Source of the DNA: Octopus vulgaris
Lineage: Eukaryota
NCBI GenBank assembly: GCA_951406725.2
Contig: OX597814.1
Span: forward strand, 218,922,001-218,986,000
Direction of reading: 5' to 3'
Length of the DNA stretch: 64,000 bases
Shown: piece by piece, positions 1-11,883 of the stretch
How the letters are laid out: every line of letters starts with the position of its first letter
How positions within the stretch are numbered: position 1 is the first letter of the stretch
Position numbers and translations under genes: made by a program
Notes under the pieces: generated by a model
Databases searched by the model: none
What the model saw: only the letters and a program-made list of their open reading frames with translations
Told to the model about the DNA's origin: nothing

Positions 1-104
1 ATTAAATTATACCAACACTAATTTAACTATAGTTTATCATGTATACAGCGTGCATGAGTTATTTAGTCTCTAAATAATTTTATTTTTCTATGCCAGTCAA
101 TGTG

Positions 105-352
105 TGGAGGCACATGGCTTAGTGGTTAGGGTGTCAGCATCATGATCATAAGATTGTGGTTTCGATTCCTGGACCGGGCGATGCATTGTGTTCTTGAGCA
201 AAACACTTCATTTCACATTGTTCCAGTCCACTCAGCTGGCAAAAATGAGTAATGCTGCAATGAACTGGCATCCCGTCCAGCTGGGGAACACACACACCAT
301 TGAAACCAGGAAACTGGGCCCATGAGCCTGGCTAGGCTTTAAAAGGGCGCAT
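105..352 (+). mobile_element. tRNA-derived SINE, family B head
   Basis: Head GGAGGCACATGGCTTAGTGGTTAGGG...GGTTTCGATTCCTGGACCGGGCG with Pol III A/B-box-like motifs. Related heads on - at about 11365-11647, 20625-20884, 27826-28130, 50210-50593, 54079-54368 and 54543-54920. Confidence 0.75.
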
Positions 353-661
353 TTATTTTATATTTTATGCCAGTCAATGTACAATCTCATATATTTACTT
401 AGTGATTCTTTCATCAGTACTTCAGTAATTATTATGATAGTCATGCTTCACTGATTAGGTCCATAATAAGAGCAAAATATGTCCTGAATTGTCTTGAGTA
501 CTTACTGAAATAATTAAAATATTAATTATCAACTAATATGGATTTTATTTTATTTTATTTTTCTTCCTCATCACATAAGTATTTCTAGTCAGACTTTTAA
601 TATTCCAAGCATTAAACATGTTGCAGTTATTCAACTAAAGTCTTGTTTTTTTTTATTCTAG

Positions 662-828
662 GAAGAATATCTGCTCTTGACATAGTTGAAGTTAATCCCC
701 TCCTGGGAACACAAATGGAACAAGAAAAAACAATCAGTGTTGCAAAAGATTTTGCACTCACCATCTTTGGTAAACAACGATGTGGAACCCTGCCACCCCG
801 TTTCACCTTTTCAGGACGTCCCTCATAG
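662..828 (+). CDS. Arginase, last coding exon
   Basis: Polypyrimidine tract and AG at 660-661, then (G)RISALDIVEVNPLLG...FGKQR...TAG. Matches the arginase C-terminal D-x-x-E-V-N-P motif. AATAAA at 1861-1866 is a candidate polyA signal. Confidence 0.85.
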
Positions 829-1496
829 TAAAATGTAGTTTAATCAACTGTTGGGTTTCTTTTTCTATTTTTCAAACTTTTATTTTTTTTTATTTTTTTT
901 TACTTTAAATGAAAATATTTATAAAATATACACTTTAATGTACTAGAGCAACTTGTGCATACTTTCTTCTTTTTTTAAATTATTCAATAAGATTTAAAAC
1001 TATTTTTGATTTTTATTAATTTTTTCTCCTGTTTCTAAAATATTTTCTATTAAAAAAAACGATATTTGCTGTGTACTTAATTTTGTATTCTTGATATACA
1101 CGATTCCTATTTACACTTAAGCATAATTCTAAAGAATAATACCAAAATACAATTTGAATTTTACATTTAGATATCAGCAGCTGTTCTCAGACTAGTTGCT
1201 GTGAAAGAAATATTTGGACTTCAACATAAATGAATTTAACATTTTGTCAATAAGCACTAAGAACTTTTAATAATGACAAACTGGCAATTACGGAAATTTT
1301 CATCTGAAAAAACTAATGCCCATATATTTTCAATTTTAGTGTCTACAAATTTGAAGAATTATAAATATATTACATTATATAAAGATACCGATTTATTAAA
1401 CTGATGCAGAAGCCTCTGTGAGGTTGCTTAACCTGCTAAATATAGAAGACAAATCTCCCTCGAATCCCTCCCTTCCAGCTTGAAGTAAAGAAGATA

Positions 1497-2865
1497 TATT
1501 GAATAATTTAGACCTAGGTAAAATATGTCTGAAAAAAAAGGGGTGGTCACAGCTGGACTATTTTTGATCATGGGTCTGATCAATCGAGCATTACCTGGGG
1601 CTAAACAACAACAACCAGCTTTTTGTAGCTGACAAGAACTGCTGAGCAGTCATTCTGAATTCAATAGCATTTCAACTTTGCTTGTTTCTGTTATGTCAGT
1701 TGAACTGGAATACTGTCAAAACCATTCTGTTGAATTAATTAATGGTGTATAGTTTCAAAACTAAAACCAAAATTTATGGCCTAATTGAATTTAGCAGTCT
1801 ATTCCTTTTTCACAAATGAAAATGTTTTTCTACTAATTTAACAGGTTTTTTTTTTTAATAAATAAAACATTTTAACACATTTATTTTGTTTTAATGACAC
1901 CTTGTCTTCTCTGTCGCAAAATGTTTACATATATCTTAAAATTTCACTGAAATCTTGTCTACTTTAAATATTCCTCCTCCACTTTTTCTTTAATTCAATT
2001 GGCCTTATGTAATGACTTAATTCGAGTATTTTCATAATATTACCACAAATAATTGTCTTCTGGCGCTACCTGACATCTTTCACTGTTGGAATGTAAATAA
2101 TAACACTGACATTTTTAATAAGGTGTTCAAAGACCTAACTGGTGTCAACAATTATGAAAATAAAACATCTTATTTCCATTCTAATAGAAAAATCTTTTGT
2201 TATTTTCTACTTATAAACTTCTGTACAATCTTTGTTATGCTTTGTTAAAGCAAAAACTTTTCAATTCAGAAACCTTAAAAATATAAGTCTCATAAGAAAA
2301 AAAAAGAAATACTCTGAGTTTCATATGCAAAGTTGCTTTAACCCTTTGGCATTAAAACCACAGCCACTCACAACTACCCTGCAATGTCATTTTAAAAGTA
2401 AACAATCATATCCTTAAAATCTGAAAGCTATGAGATAATGCATGATTAATTCAAAGCAATTTGAATTAATAAGAATTACATGTAATGGAGTAATCTGAAT
2501 GCGAAAGGATTAAATTATCAAATGCTAAATTTTTTCTTTTTTTTGTCTTTTCTGAATATGCACTACTGTAATTGGTGTGAATCTTCTATGCCATAAAATA
2601 CACTATTGAATAATTTAGACCTGGGTAAAATATGTCTGAAAAAAAAAGGGGTGGTCACAGCTGGACTATTTTTGATCATAGGTCTGATCAATCGAGACTT
2701 ACCTGGGGCTAAACAACAACAACAACCAGCTTTTTGTAGCTGACAAGAACTGCTGAGCAGTCATTCTGAATTCAATAGCATTTCAACTTTGCTTGTTTCT
2801 GTTATGTCAGTTGGACTGGAATACTGTCAAAACCATTCTGTTGAATTAATTAATGGTGTATAGTT
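1497..2865. repeat. Direct repeat of about 260 bp (about 1497-1755 and 2604-2865)
   Basis: Both copies run TATTGAATAATTTAGACCT...AATGGTGTATAGTTT with few differences. Confidence 0.9.
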
Positions 2866-3499
2866 TTTTTTCTAATTTCATTTTCATGAGTGAACTGCAT
2901 AGATGAATTGATTCAAATTATAAAATAATAATAATAATGAAATTATTGTATACAGTGCTCAGGTGCACCACAACTTGTCAGAAAGTGCATATAAAGTACA
3001 TGCAGTAATGTAGAAATGTCTGGAAAGCGAACAATGTATGAGTCAGATAAATTATGTTTTCAAACATGTAAAAAAAAAAGGACACTCAAGTACCTTGGTG
3101 TGGCTACACATTTCTATGTTCAAAGGTTTAGAAATGTCAAGCAATTTCTTACTTTAGCATTTCAATATTTTTCTCAGTAGTCAAACATGTTGTTACTTCA
3201 AGCTGCAAAATCACAAATTATCATTGTTTGGTGTGGATGGTTTCTGCTTTATTTTCATATCCATTTGTATCACTTCTATGCTTATGTAACAGGAACAGAA
3301 TTAGCTGAAACAGCTGTGACGTTGGTGTTTCTTTCACAGCCCAGATCACTTGAGAATTTAAAATTAGTTCTGCAAACTAGTAAAATGATTATACTGCATT
3401 CTTATTCTTTGATGTAAAGGCAGGTTTCCAGGATACATTCTTATAAATACAGACAGAGACAGACAGACAGACACACACAAACGTATGTATATATATATA

Positions 3500-4267
3500 C
3501 AGTGGGTAGCAAAAGTATTTAACACATCAATTTTTTATAAATTTCACAATAAAAAAATCATTCAATTTGAATGATACTTCAAATGTTTTAATGAACATTG
3601 TCTAACTAAGGATAGAGGAAAATTGAGAAACATTGTTTTTATGTACTTTTATTGCCAATTTTTGAATTTGATTGTTTGCGAAAGTATTTATGAATGCAGC
3701 AAAATACAAAATACAAGCAAATCTTATCAACCCATCTATTAAAAAGTGCAACAAGCTTTGGAGCAGGACAATGATCCAAAAAGCACGTGGCTAAAACAAC
3801 TCCATGCTGGTTCAATCAAAATGGAATTTATGTTCTGGAATGGTCTAGCCAACCATTGGATCCCAATCCAATAGAAAATTTATGGAAAAAGTTGAAGTTG
3901 AGAGTACACGCAAGAGATCCAAAAAATATCAAGGAACTGAAGGAAATCTGTGAAGAAGAATGGGTGAAACTGCCAAAATCTTTATGCAAGAAGCTCATTG
4001 AAAACTACAGAAAATGATTAGAGGCTGTAAGGCAGAACAGAGGATATGCTACTAAATATTAACAAATCGTGTTAAATACTTTTGCACACAGTCAAATTAA
4101 AAAATTGACAATGAAAGTACATAAAAACAATGTTTCTCAATTTTCCCCTATTTTTAGTTAGACAATGTTCATTAAAATATTTGAAATAAGTATCATTCAA
4201 ATCGAACGATTTTTTAATTGTAAAATTTATAAAAACCAATGTGTTTGAATACTTTTGCTGCCCACTG
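3500..4267 (+). mobile_element. Internally deleted Tc1-family transposon with long (about 190 bp) TIRs
   Basis: TA|CAGTGGGTAGCAAAAGTATT ... AATACTTTTGCTGCCCACTG|TA. Transposase C-terminal remnant QDNDPK...LEWSSQPLDPNPIENLW at about 3765-4060. Confidence 0.9.
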
Positions 4268-4308
<41 letters not shown>

Positions 4309-4377
4309 TTGTAAAAAATGAAGTTCGAAAATGCTGCTATATTATACAATTTTTAATTTTTATATATACATTATAAC

Positions 4378-5904
4378 ATGTTTCAGTTCTTAGACACACT
4401 TCTTAAACCTTTCCTAAAACACATCAAAAGCTACGTAAGAGACGATATAGATATGCTCAACCACCTCCCTAAAACAGTCAATGAGAAAACCCTTCTAGTA
4501 TCATTCGACGTAGTTAATCTTTATTCTAACATCCCTCACAACCTAGGAATAGAAGCGATCACCTTCTGGCTGAATAACTACCCCTTTGAACTCCCAACTC
4601 GCATAAACAAAGACCTTATAATAGAAGGACTTAGATTCATTTTAGAGAACAATTATTTTATTTTTGACAATGATTTCTACAGGCAAAGATCGGGAACAGC
4701 GATGGGCACGCGTACTGCACCATCTTTTGCCAACCTAGTGATGGGATACCTCGAGAAAATACTATACCGGATAACACTCGAGAAATATGGAAACACCTTC
4801 GCCACCTATATCCATAACAACTGGAAAAGATACCTCGATGACTGTTTCATCATCTGGGACAAAGGTATAGAGAAACTTGAGGAATTTAAAATATTATTAA
4901 ATGGAATAAATGACAATATACAATTCACGATGGACCACAACGAAAAAGAATTACCATTTTTAGACATCCTCATTAAGAAAACCGGCAACAAAATAGAGAC
5001 AGATATCTACTATAAACCGACAGACTCTAAACAGTACCTACCCTTTGATTCATGCCACCCACGACACACTAGAATGAATGTCCCTTTTTGTTTAGCTAGA
5101 AGGATTTGCACCATAATATCAGACACAAACACCCGACACACACGTCTCCAGGAACTTAGAACCACACTCACAAATAGAAACTATCCACAGCCCCTAATAG
5201 ACAGTGCAATCCAACGGGTACTTAAATTAAGTATAGAAGACCTGAGACAAACAAAACCAAAAAAGAAAGAACAATTAAAAACCCTTCCCTACATCTCTAC
5301 ACACAACCCACTCAACAATGAGGCCTTCAACACCATACTACAAAGCACAGCCCTACTAAAGGGAGACCCAAAGATGAACCGGATCCTCGAAACACACACC
5401 ATCATTAAAAGTAAACGGCAACCAAAATCCTTGAAAAGGATTTTAACCCAAGCTAAACTGCACCCAACATCAACCACAAAACCAGCAGTTAGAAAATGTG
5501 GAAGGCCCAACTGCGGAATCTGTGTCATCTTGAAAGAAGGATCAGAATTTATACTGGAACAAGGCCACCAGTTCACCATTAGAACAAACTTCACCTGCGC
5601 ATCAGAAAACTTAATTTACGTCATAACATGCGCAGGCTGCAATAGGCAGTATATAGGCCATACAAAAAATAGCTTATGTAACAGGATGGCGGTGCATAAA
5701 TCACAAATTAGAAACCCTGAATACCGGAAAATACCGGTCAGCGGACACATAGATAGATGTGCTGGAAATGTAAATCCGAAATTTACAACTAACCCGCTCT
5801 ATAAATTCAGTGACAACACAACCTTCACACAACGCCAAAATAAAGAACTATATTTCATAAAAAAATTTAGACCAAGTTTAGACACCCTGGGCCAGGAATA
5901 CTAA
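4378..5904 (+). CDS. PLE reverse transcriptase + GIY-YIG endonuclease (N-terminally truncated)
   Basis: RT motifs SFDVVNLY, GTAMG, RYLDD, LPFLD; PLE thumb motif YYKPT...SCHP; CxxxxCxxC linker (CGRPNCGIC); endonuclease LIYVITC...QYIGHT. No stops over 508 aa. Confidence 0.93.
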   Translation: MFQFLDTLLKPFLKHIKSYVRDDIDMLNHLPKTVNEKTLLVSFDVVNLYSNIPHNLGIEAITFWLNNYPFELPTRINKDLIIEGLRFILENNYFIFDNDFYRQRSGTAMGTRTAPSFANLVMGYLEKILYRITLEKYGNTFATYIHNNWKRYLDDCFIIWDKGIEKLEEFKILLNGINDNIQFTMDHNEKELPFLDILIKKTGNKIETDIYYKPTDSKQYLPFDSCHPRHTRMNVPFCLARRICTIISDTNTRHTRLQELRTTLTNRNYPQPLIDSAIQRVLKLSIEDLRQTKPKKKEQLKTLPYISTHNPLNNEAFNTILQSTALLKGDPKMNRILETHTIIKSKRQPKSLKRILTQAKLHPTSTTKPAVRKCGRPNCGICVILKEGSEFILEQGHQFTIRTNFTCASENLIYVITCAGCNRQYIGHTKNSLCNRMAVHKSQIRNPEYRKIPVSGHIDRCAGNVNPKFTTNPLYKFSDNTTFTQRQNKELYFIKKFRPSLDTLGQEY

Positions 5905-6064
5905 AACAAAAGATAAGTCCTCCGAAAAGGAGAAGCAAAATTCCACCACGGCCGCTACCTTAAACAGACACTCGCACTGACGGAAATATGCCTTAGTAAA
6001 AAAGGAAAAAAATTCTTTCGTGCAAATCTGACCCTGATACATACGATACAGCTAAGGGTCAGAC

Positions 6065-6445
6065 CCGATTCTGATTGGTCAACAAGTTGATGACGTCTAG
6101 TTCTGCTAGAATAGACAGGATACAAACAGGGGACAGTCATTAGTCAGAATATTGATGACGTCCTTTTCTGCTTGACTAGTCACCTAACAAGTACAGACAG
6201 GGGGCAGATCTAATGTAGCTATAAGTCGTGATTGGGCAGAATCTGGATGACGTCCCGTTCTGCTTGACTAACGAAGCGACTGGTCAAAACAGGAAACAGA
6301 CAAGAGGCAGTTATAATACAGCGATTGGTCAAAATGATGATGACGTCCCGTTCTGCTTGATTAAAGCCACCTAACGAAACGATTGGTCAAAACGTTGATG
6401 ACGTCACGCTACACTGGACTGACCACCTAACAGGCATTATAAAAC
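6065..6445 (+). promoter_or_regulatory. Repeated ATTGG (CCAAT) and TGACGTC (CRE-like) modules ending in TATAAAA; candidate PLE pLTR promoter
   Basis: TGACGTC near 6091, 6156, 6248, 6341 and 6399 (TGACGTCA). GATTGG near 6073, 6230, 6323 and 6381. TATAAAA at 6438. Confidence 0.55.
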
Positions 6446-6778
6446 CGAGCAATTCACAAGACTCACTAGAACCACCCAGCGAACACCCACCATGGGTCAT
6501 CACAATTGCTTAAGGTAAAAATGAATTCCTCGCTCTTTCGGAAACATCAATCTTCTGTATTGACTGCTTTCCACCACTTTGATCTGTTTTTTGCGTTGAA
6601 TACGTATCGCCACCGTGGGCCACTACATCGAACACTTTGAACATATAGCATAAATGAACTTACTTCAAACTATATATCAACTATACATGAACTCTAAGAT
6701 GTCTGACTCCGTTGTGTATTATAAATGAATTTCTTGTGTTTGACGGCATGAGCTGTCTTTTTTTATATATAACTTTTT

Positions 6779-6815
6779 TTGATAAGGTTCATTTCAGGAA
6801 CTGAAACATGTTATA
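6779..6815 (+). ncRNA. Degenerate minimal hammerhead motif in the PLE pLTR
   Basis: TTGATAA-GGTTC-atttcag-GAACT-GAAA-CATG-TT, with the palindrome AACATGTT at stem III. The core deviates from CUGANGA at two positions. Confidence 0.55.
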
Positions 6816-6910
6816 ATGTATATATAAAAATTAAAAATTGTATAATATAGCAGCATTTTCGAACTTCATTTTTACAAATATATACCTACTCGTATATGAG
6901 CCAATCCTAT

Positions 6911-6942
<32 letters not shown>

Positions 6943-6951
<9 letters not shown>

Positions 6952-7210
6952 TTAGAGACAAAACCACTATTTTGCAAAACAAACAAGGAAAGACTTAATC
7001 AATACATAAAATTTTAATAAAATTTTATTTTTTATTTTTTACTTTTTATTAAAATTTTATGTATTGATTAAGTCTTTCCTTGTTTGTTTTGCAAAATAGT
7101 GGTTTTGTCTCTAATTAATATTATATAATATTTTACTATAAAATTGGATTTAATCCTAAATCTGATTTTTTCCCTGTAAATTTGGATTTATTCCCTAATA
7201 TTTATTATTA
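6943..7210. mobile_element. Foldback element in (TA)n: inverted arms of about 80 bp plus a one-sided tail
   Basis: About 6943-7020 is the reverse complement of about 7046-7124; unpaired tail to 7210. Confidence 0.75.
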
Positions 7211-7512
7211 TATATATATATATACACACACACACAAACACAAACAATAGGTAAGAGCTAGATATGCTCAGTATAGCAAAATCATAGTAGTGTTCAAGTG
7301 AATTGAACTTAAACTTTGAACTCTTCATCCCGGACTAGGTCCACTGCATCACGAGTGGCTATAAGAGAAATTCAGATGAGCTGATATGGAGATAATGGTG
7401 CAGATAAACTCGATTAGGCTTCACACACACTCACATACTGATATATATATATATATTTAGAGAGAGAGCGAGAGAGACATGGATATACATATTTACATAT
7501 AACTGCATATAT

Positions 7513-7740
7513 ATTTCTTTACTACCCACAAGGGGCTAAACATAGAGGGGACAAACAAGGACAGACAAAGGGATTAAGTCGATTACGTCGACCCACTGCA
7601 AAACTGGTACTTTATCGACCCCGAGAGGATGAAAGGCAAAGTTGACCTCGGCGTAATTTGAACTCAGAATGCAATGACAGACTAAAAACGGCTACGCATT
7701 TCGCCCAGCGTGCTAACGATTCTGCCAGCTCGCCGCCTTA
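7513..7740 (-). mobile_element. SINE family C (GGCGGCGAGCTGGCAGAATCGTTAGCACG head)
   Basis: The same head and body recur at about 8471-8697, 18066-18310, 19716-20150 and 47500-47640. Confidence 0.7.
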
Positions 7741-8698
7741 TATAACTGCATATAGTCATAAAGACAAACACATACATAGAGCAGAGAAAATGCAGAAAAG
7801 AAAATGTAAAGCTTCTTAAATGCAAGGTAGGGAGAAAGAGGAGGATTTTTGTGACATCAGGGGGTTGATGATGTCTGCTTTCCCTGCTGGCATGAGGAGG
7901 ACAGTCTGACAAGATTCAATGGGTTGAAAGACCTGTCTTCTTCCAATGTCTCATTTTTGGCATGATTTGTACAATTGGAAGCTCTTCTGACCATACCAGC
8001 CACTCTACAAAGTGTACTGGGTACATCCTTTGTGGCACCAGCACTGTTGGTGTCCCTGCCAATTTGCAAAGTGAAAAAGAGCCCCCCTCCCCGCTTCACA
8101 GTGCACTTTTCTTGGCAACCCCACTAGTGTGGTTGCCTAGTAACTAACAACACTAAAGAATCCCCTTACCTGAGAGGGAGAACAGGAGGTAGAGTGGTTG
8201 ATTTATGCAAGGTGTTGAGAGGTTATTTTATGATGGGAGAAGTAGAGGCAGGTTTGTTGTGGAGGAGATTCAGGGCTATTCAACATGGGTGGCTGGTGTG
8301 CCACAAAGAGGTAAATGTGGTGAAGTGCCAGAACATATCCTGAAGGTGAAATGTCTAAGAAAGTGAACAGAAGAGAGCAAGGAAACAGGAGAATCACAGG
8401 GATGGATTAGGTTGCAGAGTATGAGGGGAGAGTGAGAGATGGGAAGTGGTCAGGTGAATGTGAACAGGGAGGGTGGTGAGCTGGCAGAATCATTAGCATG
8501 GCGGCCATAATGCTTATTTCGTCTACAGCTATGTTCTAAGTTCAAATTCCACTGAGGTCAACTTTGCCTTTTATCCTTTCGGGGTTGATTAAATAAGTAC
8601 TGGTTACGCACTAGTGTCAATGTAATTGACTTACTCCCTTTCTGTCCTTGTTTGTCTCCTCTATGTTTAGCCCCCTGTGGGCAATAAAAAAATAAATA

Positions 8699-8887
8699 TG
8701 CAGGTGGCACATAAAAAGCACCCACTGCACTCACGGAGTGGTTGGCGTTAGGAAGGGCATCCAGCTGTAGAAACACTGCCAGATCAGACTGGAGCCTGGT
8801 GCAGCCTTCTGGCTTCCCAGATCCCCCGGTCGAACCGTCCAACCCATGCTAGCATGGAGAACGGACGTTAAACGATGATGATGATGA
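8699..8887 (+). mobile_element. Abundant LINE 3' end or short retroposon with a (GAT)n tail
   Basis: GAGTGGTTGGCGTTAGGAAGGGCATCCAGC...GACGTTAAAC(GAT)n. Further copies at about 10984-11333, 12629-12825, 24776-24944, 36053-36410, 39173-39400, 46800-47180, 53712-54075, 56251-56570 and 60267-60660. Confidence 0.8.
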
Positions 8888-8989
8888 GAACAGAGGTGAG
8901 GTGATGGATAAGTGAAGGAGACATACATACATGCATGGCTGTATGGTTAGTAAGTAGAAAAGCAGACAAATCGCAAATTCCTTCAAGTA

Positions 8990-10085
8990 GAAGGAATTTG
9001 TGATCTGTAGAAAAGGCATAGGTAGCAACTCCATAAGATGCATCCAATGCAAGCTTTGGACACATAAAAGGTACAGCAATATTAGGGGAAGGTTAACAGG
9101 GAAACTAGCTTTTGAATTTGGAAGATGCACAGGTACAATAAATGCTGAAAATGTGCAGAAAATAGACTTCCTCAACTGTTAGGGGGGCAAGCTAGATGTA
9201 GTAGATAGTTTCTGTTATCTAGGGGACCAAGTTAGTAGTGGAGGTGGATACTTTGAGAGTGTGACTGTGAGAATAAGATTAGGCTGGGCAAAGTTCAGAG
9301 AGCTCTTACCCCTTCTGGCAACATAGGGCCTCTTTCTCAGAGTAAAAAGGTAGATTGTATGATGTCTGTGTGCAAACAGCTATGCTACATGGCAGTGGGC
9401 TGTGACAGCTGAGGAGATGCGTAGGAAATGAAGCTAGTATGCTTCGCTAGATGTGCAATGTCAGTGTACATGTTCGACAATGTAAGCATCTTGAGAGAAA
9501 AGTTAGGCATAAGAGCCATCAGATGTGGTATGGTCATGTGATGTATGGATGAGGACAGCTGTGTAAAGAAGCGCCGATCTTTGTGGAGGGAACCTGTGGT
9601 AGAGATAGACCCAGGAAGACATGCAACAAAGTGGAGAAGCATGATCTTCAAACTTTGAGCCTCACACAGGCAATGACTAGTGACAGACTTTTAGTGATAT
9701 GCTGTGCTTGAGAAGAAGAGAAGACCCATCAAGCCAAGTGAAATCATAGCTGATGTTGGTATCACATAACTGGCATCTGTGTTGGTGGCACGTAAAGAGC
9801 ACCTTCCGAGCATTGGGCCACAGAGAGGCAAAGTGGCTGAGTTCCTTTCGAGCACTGGACTTTGCCTGAGAGATGCAAAGTTGTTGAGTTCTATTTAAGC
9901 GTTGGGCCTCACAAAGACGATGATCGAAACCTTAGGCAATATGTCGTGCTTGAGAAGAAGACCCTTCAAGCCGAACAAAATTGCAGTTGTGCCAGTGTCA
10001 CATAAAAGCACCCATTACACTCTCAAAGTGGTTGGTGTTAGGAAGGGCATCCAGCTGTAGAAAACCATGCCAAATCAGACTGGGG
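8990..10085 (+). mobile_element. Decayed RTE-type LINE fragment
   Basis: ICRKGIGSNSIRCIQCKLWTHKR...DSFCYLGDQV with frameshifts; homologous to 60830-62150 (-). Confidence 0.75.
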
Positions 10086-10196
10086 TCTGATTTGTCATGG
10101 TTTCCATGGCAGGATGCCCTTCCTAACACCAACCACTTTGAGAGTGTAATGGATGCTTTTATGTGCCACCACAGGGGTGCCAGTTACATGACACCA

Positions 10197-10237
<41 letters not shown>

Positions 10238-10562
10238 CATATATATATATATACATACATACACACATATATATATATACATATACATACATACACACAT
10301 ATATATACATACATACATACACACATATATATACATACATACATACACACATATATATACATACATACACACATATACATACATACACACACACACATAT
10401 ATATACATACATACACACACACACACATATATATATATACATACATACACACATATATATACATACACACACACACACACATATATACATACATACACAC
10501 ACACACATATATATATATACATACATACATACACACACACACATATATATATATATATACAT

Positions 10563-10607
<45 letters not shown>

Positions 10608-10616
10608 CATATATAT
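10197..10616. repeat. Compound (TA)/(CA)/(TACA) microsatellite
   Basis: Seen directly; explains the low-complexity ORFs. Confidence 0.97.
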
Positions 10617-11644
10617 TTATAAATAAGGATAATATTGATATTTAAATATCGATCTTATCAAGTGGCCAGCATGGGAATAAATACCATACAAAGGTAATAA
10701 TTATTTAAAACTTTGGCACGGTGGTATCTCTCAGATACCCTTATGTTTGTGCATCCTTGTTTTGGCATCTTGATGGTTGTAAACAAGTATCACCATCATG
10801 CAAACAATATTCATGCCCAGTTTTTTTATATAAAAGAAAAACAAATCTGGTCATAGTGAAATGTTACTTTACTTGGAAACAGATGTGGGTTGGCAATAAG
10901 AGCAGAAAATCTTCCTCAACAAATTCAGTCTGAACCAAGGAAAAGTGGACATTAAGTGATGATGATATATATATACATATATATCATCATCATCATCATC
11001 GTTTAACGTCCGTTCTCCATGCTAGCATGGGTTGGATGGTTCGACCGGGGATCTGGGAAGCCAGAAGGCTGCACCAAGCTCCGGTCTCATCTGGCAATGT
11101 TTCTACAGCTGGATGCCCTTCCTAACGCCAACCACGCCATGAGTGTAGTGGGTGCTTTTTACGTGCCAGGCGAGGCTGGCATCGGCCACGGTCGGATTGG
11201 TGCATTTTACATGCCACCGGCACGGAAGCCAGTCGAGGCGGCACTGGCTTCGGCCATGATTCGGATGGTGCTTTTTACGTGCCACCGACACGGAAGCCAG
11301 TCAAGGCGGCGCTGGCATCGGCCACGATTCGGATAGTATATATATATATATTTTTTTTCTTTCTGACCAGTCCATCAGATGTAGTTACACATCGCTGGTC
11401 ACAATGCGTTTGCATTGTTTTAGCCTCCGAATGACGCCACCCCACTGGCTAAGCGAGCAGGCTAACAGAAGAAAAAGTGGGAGAAAGAGTGGTGAAAGAG
11501 TACAGCAGGGATCGCCACCCCCTACCGGAGCCTTGTGGAGCTTTTAGGTGTTTTTTCACTCAATAAACACTCACAACGCCCAGTCTGGGAATCGAAACCG
11601 CGATCCTGCAACCGCGAGCCCGCTGCTACCACTAGCCATGCACT

Positions 11645-11682
<38 letters not shown>

Positions 11683-11830
11683 CCATACATTAACAACTAA
11701 ATTGTTGCTATAAAGAAGCATTGAAGAGGCATAACAGTCAAGAGCTTGAATAATAGTTGATTTGACTGAGACATAGGCCAAAAATAAAAGTGACTGTGGC
11801 ACGGTCACCGGACTTGCTTTGGATTGGCAG

Positions 11831-11883
<53 letters not shown>

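Larger units (their letters stand above)
4306..6910 (+). mobile_element. 5'-truncated Penelope-like retroelement (Neptune-like) with an inverted partial pLTR, inserted in (TA)n
   Basis: RT + GIY-YIG ORF. 4306-4390 is the reverse complement of about 6798-6880. (TA)n lies on both flanks. Confidence 0.92.

Noticed and set aside
1915-2115. CAGTG loops on - as possible iron-responsive elements for NRAMP
   Set aside because: No 5-bp upper stem with a bulged C, and the 3' UTR position is unknown.
4378-5904. Selenoprotein (Naiad-type) recoding in the PLE
   Set aside because: No in-frame TGA in the ORF, which ends in TAA; no SECIS recognised.
9981-10645. Long YI/HT/CV-rich ORFs (also 22427-23362)
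   Set aside because: Translations of microsatellites.
11681-11833. TTGAAGAGGC...GGCCAAAA hammerhead-like remnant between (TA)n tracts
   Set aside because: Both core halves are mutated and stems I and III are unconvincing; at best a fossil.
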